A DNA stretch of 64,000 nucleotides from Paraspadella gotoi. Its lineage: Eukaryota; Animalia; Chaetognatha. The notes beneath the pieces are model-generated. The model did no database searches and was not told the origin of the DNA. It saw only the letters and a program-made list of their open reading frames with translations. The stretch lies in assembly GCA_051294375.1 (NCBI GenBank), contig CM119269.1, positions 22,741,808-22,805,807 on the forward strand, given 5' to 3'. Shown one piece after another: positions 56,722-64,000 of the stretch. Position numbers and translations under genes: made by a program. Numbering within the stretch: the first letter of the stretch is position 1; each line of letters opens with the position of its first letter.

Positions 56722-57585
56722 CTGATAACAATATTGGATTAAGATGAGGATAAATCAGCAAATCTACACAAAAATATAATCATTCTAATTTTTTTATCTT
56801 TAATATATTAATTTTGAAACTTTTTAATACAAATTATTAAACTATGACTATGAGATGTATGTATTTTAAAAAAAGATTTAAAATTTTTGATAATTCACTT
56901 TTAATTCTCTTAATTGAACCAAGGCTGGGCAGCTTGATTTTTATGTTAGAGCTTTCATAAGTATATCATTCTCTTCATTTTTTTAGGGCTTTTTGAAAAT
57001 ATTAATATTATTAATATCTTAATAAATACTTTGTTTAAAAAAGTGTTAAAAGTTGAAAAGGAAATTTTGAATTTAAAAACAGTGAGTTGGAAAATGAAAC
57101 CCGATTTTAAAAGCCAACTTTCTCCACTCATTGTCAAGGCATGTCTTAACTGATCAATATGAAATTTGATCACATAAATGACTTTAATATTTTCTACTCA
57201 ACTAATTTTTAAAATTAATTAAATAACCACTGGTTTGAAAAGGACAGCGTTTTTTTACCGGCGCTTGTAAAATTGTCACCATGTAGTCCAAAGAGTGTCA
57301 AAACAAAATCGTTTACTTTTATAAGACACAAGAAATATCATTTGGTTTTGTTAGAAAGCTGCAATATTGTGACAATAACAAATTAGAAACATTTTTTTAT
57401 TCACTGTATCCATAAACAAGTATGAAAAAAATTTACTTATCAATCAGTTGTAATAATGAAATAATATTCGAAAATTTGTTCAAAGTCCTGATTACAATAA
57501 AAATTTTGAAAGAGAATAAAAACATTTAATTTTTATAAAAAATTATTGTACATATTATTGTACAATGGTAAAGTTTAAAAAGTTT

Positions 57586-60500
57586 TTATATTGAATTTTT
57601 GAATGTCTTTCCAAACGACTCAATTTTTCCATCCTTCATGACAAGCATTTTGTCAAAATTCTTGAAATTGTCATCTCTGTGAGATATACAGAGCAGAGTC
57701 CGTCCTTTACAATTGTTACGGATCAACATCTGCAAGAGTTGATCAGTTTTGACATCAACATTGGCAGTGGCTTCGTCCAAACAGAGAATTTTTGGGTGGC
57801 AACGCAGGGCACGGGCAAGACCTAGCAGTTGTTTTTGTCCTGCAGAAAAAGATGTAGGACTAAGTGGGGCATCAAGTCCACCAAGTGAAGTCACAAGATC
57901 CCATAGTTGGCAACGGAGGAGAAGATCGCGCAATGTTTCGTCACCTTCATCTTCATTGTATTCTGTTACCATTGAGTCAGGAATCAGGTTCTCTCGGATG
58001 CTGCCAGTAAATAGTAATGGATCTTGGGGGACGATAGCTATACGTCGGCGAAGAATGTGGATGGGAATTACCCGGACATCAACGCCGTCCACAAGAATTT
58101 GCCCACTGATTATGGGGTGTATACGTAGCAGTGCCGCTAGTAATGAACTCTTTCCACTACCCGTGCGTCCACAGACCCCAATGGTTTCTCCTCCAGCTGT
58201 CGCAAAGGAGACGCCATCTAATGCCATCCGAGTTCCCGAGTCATAGGAAAGTGAGACATCCTTAAAGACAATTCCACCACTAGTTGGCCACACAGAATCT
58301 AAGGTCACTGGGAGTATTGATAACAAAGAGCAATGATTAGATAATGCGCTGGCTGAAATAATATCTTCTTCAGGAATTTTATTTATATAGTCAACTACAC
58401 GTTCCACGCTGATCATTTCTTTTTCTGTCTCTGTGAAAGAAAAAATAAGACCAGTGAGTCTTTCATGAACCGAAAGTACATATGAGATAGAAAGGCCAAC
58501 AATGGCAGGCGATATCATAGAAGCTGAAAAGAAGTGATGCTCCAAAATTGCAGCCAATGATGCGCCAAAGACTATCACCACACCAATAATTTTTAAGTTA
58601 AAGCTTAGCCACTGAGCCACAATTAGTTGGGAGTATTGAGCCCTAATATTTTGATTGACCAACTCAATAGTTTTGCTGATGAATTGATCTTGCTCCCCCA
58701 TTGCTTTAATAATTGTTGCGCCCTCTAATGATTCTGTGAAGTGGGCATAAATTGGGGAAAGGGTCACTGATGCAAGTCTTTTTACTTCGCGTGATGTGTG
58801 GCGATAAAAGTTTTGGATGCGGATGTACACAACACCAATGGGAAGTAACAGTATCAGAAACAAAGGAAGACTGTAGCTGACAAGAATGATTACACCTGCC
58901 AGACCAAAGATCTGCGCAAGAAAAATGTTAAGAATGTAGGGTAGAGAAATGTCAATTGAATACAAGTCGGATGAGAACCTGTTTAACACACGACCTGCTG
59001 GTGTAGACTCAAAGAATGTCAATGGCGCTTTAAAAAACTGCCTTGCCAATTTGTCATGAAGAGAGCGAGCTGCTTCTACACCTCCATAGGCAAAGAGAAA
59101 AGCACGTGCAACAGTAATAACAAGATTTAAAGCACTGATAATCCCGTAAATAAGTAATAGAAGTGACACACTTTCTGTCGTTGTAGATAAAGATGTTAGA
59201 GTTGGTGCATCGTAAGAAATCAAAATGAAAGAACTGAGGACAAGATTTGGTATTTCTTTGCTTGTATTTGTTTCATTTTTATCTGGATCAGTGGAGTTTT
59301 TTGAATAATGTTGTGCCCAATAGGACAACCACCAATCGCATAAATTTCTTGACAACTGCATTAAAAAGAGGGTAACAAGGATAGAGAAAGCAAGGTTGCG
59401 ACCAATTGCAAACCAGTAGGATCTGTAAACTTGCTTAGCAACCCTTCCAGACTCACGAGCCTCTGCATCTTGTAACTTTTCCCAGCTTGTACCTTGTTCA
59501 GTTTTTTTAGCTCTTTGTTGAGTGTCTAATTTTTCAGTTTGCTGATCATTGGTTAACACAAAATCTAGAAGTGTAGACGGGGGACCTTGACTCTCAATTT
59601 GTCCATCTTTCATGATGACCACCCAGTCAGCAACATAACCCAACTCTTGCATTTTAAATAAATCAGCTCCATAGTGAGAAGCTACTATAATGGTGGATGA
59701 ACCTTTTAGTAAGTTCAAAAAAACATTTCTCCACACTTCCTCGCGTACTCTCCTATCCAGTGCTGAAAATGGGCAGTCCATAATATAAAAATTTTTTTTA
59801 GCATAGATTGCACGTGCGAGTGCAAGTCGCTGCTTTTGACCTCCACTTAAAGACAATCCTTTCTCTCCTACATTGGTCTTATCTCTCTGTGGAAAAAAGG
59901 CTACATCCTCAGAAAGGCAACAGGCATTGAGAACAGTGTGATACCAGGATGTGTCCATCGGCTTCCCAAACAGTACATTTTCTTCAATCGTACCCTGTTG
60001 TATCCAGGCTTGCTGCGGTAAAAAAGCAATACCATCATTGTAATTCCAATTTCGCTGGACCTCACCACACTCCTGCCACATCTCTCCAATAATTGCATGG
60101 AGCAATGAAGTCTTTCCTGCACCAACTTTGCCTACAACACCAACCAATGTCTTTGCTGGTACAGTCAAAGTCATGCCACGTAGATGAAAACTGTTTTCAT
60201 TCAGTGACCAAGAAAAGTCAGCATTATTCATAATAATGAGTGGCTTTAACTCCATTGTTATTACTGATGTTTTTCTATCCTGATCAGTCTTAAGATTTAC
60301 AAGTTGTTGGACTCGCTTCAATGAGACCCATGCATTGACAAGTCCATTAATCACCCAAGGTATCATGTTTAAGGGCTCAATAAGCATGTTAAAGAGGGAA
60401 AGTGATGTAAAAATCTTAGCTGCCGTCAGTGTAGAATATGAATAGATGTAGCAATAAGTTAGAAATGACAACAGTGCAATGATCACCGGTGTCGATGCCC

Positions 60501-63116
60501 TAAAGATGACGCATGCTGCATCTAAGTATTTAATTCTCTTCAGATTTTCCACTTCTGCTTTGCGATGGTGACAAATTTTGGCATTGAATGCGGCCTCAAA
60601 TGCGGAAAACTTTATTGCACGGACCCCATCAAGGATTTCTGACATAAGTTTGATTCTCTTGTCTTTGTGCGCCATCATTGCAGAGCTGAAGACTAGGATC
60701 TTGTCACACAACACTTTGTTGATTGGCAAGACAAGAAGAGCAAATGCAAGGCCAGCAAGAAAAGCAAGTGAAATTTGTTTGTGGAGAAGATAAAGGGCAA
60801 TAGAAATCTGGAGTGGCATAGACCAAGCGGAGTGAAAAAAGTTGCAAAAGTTTATGATCCTTTCTACATCTGTTGACATGGCATTGACAATTTCACCTGT
60901 ACTGAGATATGACATGGACAAGGTTGCTATTGACCAACCAAGAGCTTGATCATAGATAAAGCTAACAAGTGCTGCACGCATTCGAAGCCTAATCTTGCCT
61001 ACTGCAAGCTGAAACTGGGCATTAATAAGTGTCACTGTTGCTGTCGTTGTAAGCAGCGCCAAAGCATAACCATAGCCACGCCACTTTGGCGCTGACTTAT
61101 CCTCCATGAACTCAATTAAAGAATGCAATACAACTGGCCCCACAAAAGAAACAACGTCAATAAAAAGTTTTAAAAAGCCAATTGAAAAGTAGAGTCTACC
61201 AAAACAATGAACTAATGCCCTAAAAAGAGAAGTATGAACAACGGTTGTTGAAGCATCTTTGGTAACGTTTTTTGGCGAGAGGCCGGCACGCAGATCACGC
61301 ATTAAGCAAGTAACAGATATGCTTGATGGAAGAGTGTATAGATCGGAGTTTTCAGAAATGCGTCCATTAGCACCATCGCGAAGAAGCGGGTAGACCCAGC
61401 CAAAACAGATCCTAGAAAATACACTGGTATTGTCCTCTGGTTGAATTAAAGATGGACGTTGGTCGACAATGCTCAAAACATCCTCGCTTATGTTTGAGGG
61501 AACTTCTTCACTAATAAGCGTATTGAATTCACTCAAGTGGTTTATGCATCGACGCTGGTAACAAAATTTTTTTTAAGATTAGATTGAAACACTAGTATTA
61601 ATTTTGATTATTAGTTTTATTTTTTAATTTTTTAACCCACTGGGGAGTCTCTTTTACAGTGGCAGTAACATACAGAAGTAACTTAAATAAAGTATTTTTA
61701 AATGATAATTATAAAATGCTGTTTTGGATGGCATTATATCTTAGTTCTAAAAAAGGGCACAAAATTAATAAATATATTTTTAAAACTGCTGGTATATGTA
61801 TAAATTTCCAATTGATTTAAACTATTTACATTTTAAATTTATATAAGTTTTGCTATACCATAAACTCACCCTTGACTTCTTTATGCGCACAACAACAAAG
61901 GCGATAATCAATGATGTGATGTAGATGAGATGAAAGACACAGACAATGATGTCCATGATAGATTTGGCAAGCGCCAGCGGCGTGGCAATCGTGGCATCAT
62001 GTGGCAATGGTGAAGTGGAGAGGGAATGCGAGATTAAATAAATCACAGCTCGGCGCGCTAAAAGATAAAATTGGTATGAAATTGGTACAACCAATATAAA
62101 AATTATCCATTCATTTAATAAATACGCTATCTTGCCCCTGACTTTGGACAGGCTTTAGTGGTTTAAGGCCTCCATCACTCTTACAAGATAATGATATAGC
62201 AAGTCCCTGCAAGCTTTCAATCAAGACTCTCTCACAGTCTCGTTTAATCACTCCCAGAGTACCCGGCTTCCCTATCAATGAAGTCGTATGATATTTCAAA
62301 GAATGTTAGAATAATGTCTATCAGGAAATTCATCATTCAAATCAACCTATCATAAAAATCAGCCACTCATTAAAATCAATCCAATCGCGTAAATCACTCA
62401 TTAAAATCTAACCAATAATTAATATCTGCAAACTTTCAAATCAATCAACCAAACCTTTTTATCCACCACAATCACTGTCAAATCACCATCACAATTACTG
62501 TCGAATCACCATCACAATCATTGTCGAATCACAATCATTGTCGAATCACCATCACAATCAAATCAAATCCAATCAAATTAACTGAACACTAATTGAGCCA
62601 ATCATTCTAATCTATTAATATTTTACAAACACATACATACCACTCACCTTCCAAAGCCTGAGGAATCAAGACAAATAGATATGCGATTGTCATTGCTACG
62701 TCTGAAGCCATTTTGATTCCAGCATCACTGTCATGGCGACGGCGGCGGAACAGCGCCACGCCGTGGAGGAGCCACGAAGCCGCCACAACGAGAAAGACAG
62801 CGAGGTCGACCGTCGAGGGAAATCCCTGCGCGTGCTTGTAAAATGCCGGTAGAAAAAAGTGGATTATTGAAAGGACAAAAAGACAAATGCAGCAAAGAAA
62901 ACGGATGAAAAAGCTTCTTGAAGCGGATCGTCCACTCGCGTCTCCAGCCACGCCTTTAAGGGCGCCAACAAAGTAGGCGGAGACGCCGGCGAGAATTGCG
63001 TGGGCCGGGAGGAAGAAGGCGACTTTGGTGAAGCAGACGTTGAAGGAAGATGTCGAAGAGTTCCAGACGATGAGGGGAGATGGTTCATCGCAGAGGGATG
63101 AGAGGAAGGACGGCAT
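57586..63116 (-). CDS. ABCC10: ABCC10/MRP7-like ABC transporter, copy A (3 exons)
   Basis: Exons 63116-62648 and 62057-61870 (hydrophobic TMD0), then 61554-57586. Motifs GEIVNAMSTDVERIINFCNFFHSAWSMPLQI, KYLDAACV, LSGGQKQRLALARA, FLFAYGG, GRVLNRFSSDLYSID, FTETEKEMISVER. Confidence 0.93.
62074..62307 (-). repeat. Copy of the ~230-bp dispersed repeat
   Basis: Reverse complement of 40880-41112. Confidence 0.85.
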
Positions 63117-63500
63117 GATAGAGAGCGAGACGGTGACGGATCAAATGATAATCGATCAGTTTTGTTTGTTTTTTAAAAAATATTTATTGTTTTTCTTTTT
63201 TATTTGATCATATCTAGATGAAATAATACCTAAATAAATAGAGTTGTTACGGCCAGGATTCAAATGCCATTGCTGCCACCACATTACAGTGTGGTGCAAA
63301 AAAAAAAAAAGAACACTTTTCAAACTTAAATTGCGCACATTTAACCACATATTATAAAAATTTGTAAAGTATAAATACTTGACCATTTTGTATTGAATCC
63401 ATTCTGTCTAAAATTCTGGACACCGTCTTTGCTTGTGACTTTTCTAAGAATATAATCCACTTTGGTTTCATGCAGAAATCCCTGTCTGCTTACTTAAATG

Positions 63501-63544
63501 TGGTGGCAACTGTAGGATTTGAACCCACGCCTCTGAAGAGACTG
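63501..63544 (-). pseudogene. Retroposed 3' half of tRNA-Leu with CCA end
   Basis: Minus strand CAGTCTCTTCAGAGGCGTGGGTTCAAATCCTACAGTTGCCA-CCA resembles the animal tRNA-Leu(AAG/UAG) variable arm, T arm and acceptor strand; flanked by a 19-bp direct repeat. Confidence 0.8.
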
Positions 63545-64000
63545 TCTACTCACTTAAATGATTTATTAAAATGACTCAGTAATACGTCAGAACAAATTTA
63601 GCATTTAAAGATAGAAAACAGATTGACAGACTGACCTACTTTTATGGAGTTAATCCGCAACAAGCGACAAATAATTTGTTGTTGTCGTTTTGATAATCTT
63701 TTGTTAAAATTAAGTATCGATATTAAATATACTATATTAAATATCGTGTATATTTACATTCAATATATTAAATTCTTTTATATTAATAATCGGTTAGTAT
63801 TTTTAAAATAATATTTGACTGTTTTTAGAATTCGATATAAATATGTACAAATAATTTTTAAACAATATAGTTTAATAAACCTGATATAATGTAATAACCT
63901 ACGTATACAAAATATAATCACCACATATATAAACCTTATACAAAACCGTATGGTTTTATGGTTACAAAAATAAAAATATTTTTCTCTCTATTTTTTAAAA

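Noticed and set aside
52834-61554. Horizontal transfer or bacterial contamination as the source of the intronless ABC ORFs
   Set aside because: Motifs are those of eukaryotic ABCC10, and copy A splices in phase to host-like TMD0 exons.
63501-63544. Functional tRNA gene
   Set aside because: Lacks the 5' half, D arm and anticodon loop.

Overview
Gene-dense eukaryotic (invertebrate animal) genomic DNA with short GC/CpG-rich exons, AT-rich introns and many (GA)n tracts. It is not prokaryotic and has no CRISPR array or rRNA. I reconstructed 13 spliced genes by hand: CYB5R4, a family I pyrophosphatase (the only + strand gene) with TRPT1 nested antisense in its intron 4, WDR61/SKI8, a DUF4804/MavL-like macrodomain protein, INO80B, CCDC124, CHCHD7, an 11-finger C2H2 gene, HIGD1, a PI3K regulatory subunit, PHF24 and ABCC10/MRP7. 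The most unusual structure is ABCC10: one pair of TMD0 exons is followed by two tandem ~4 kb intronless exons, each encoding a whole transporter core and each starting at a near-identical phase-0 acceptor. Other points of note are five single-base frame breaks in conserved genes (probably assembly errors), tandem repeats seeded from splice sites, two GC-AG introns, nested MITE/SINE/solo-LTR insertions, a CCA-tailed tRNA-Leu retro-fragment with a target-site duplication, and a Penelope-type minimal hammerhead motif. All gene identities come from motif recognition, not database searches, and exon boundaries are manual.
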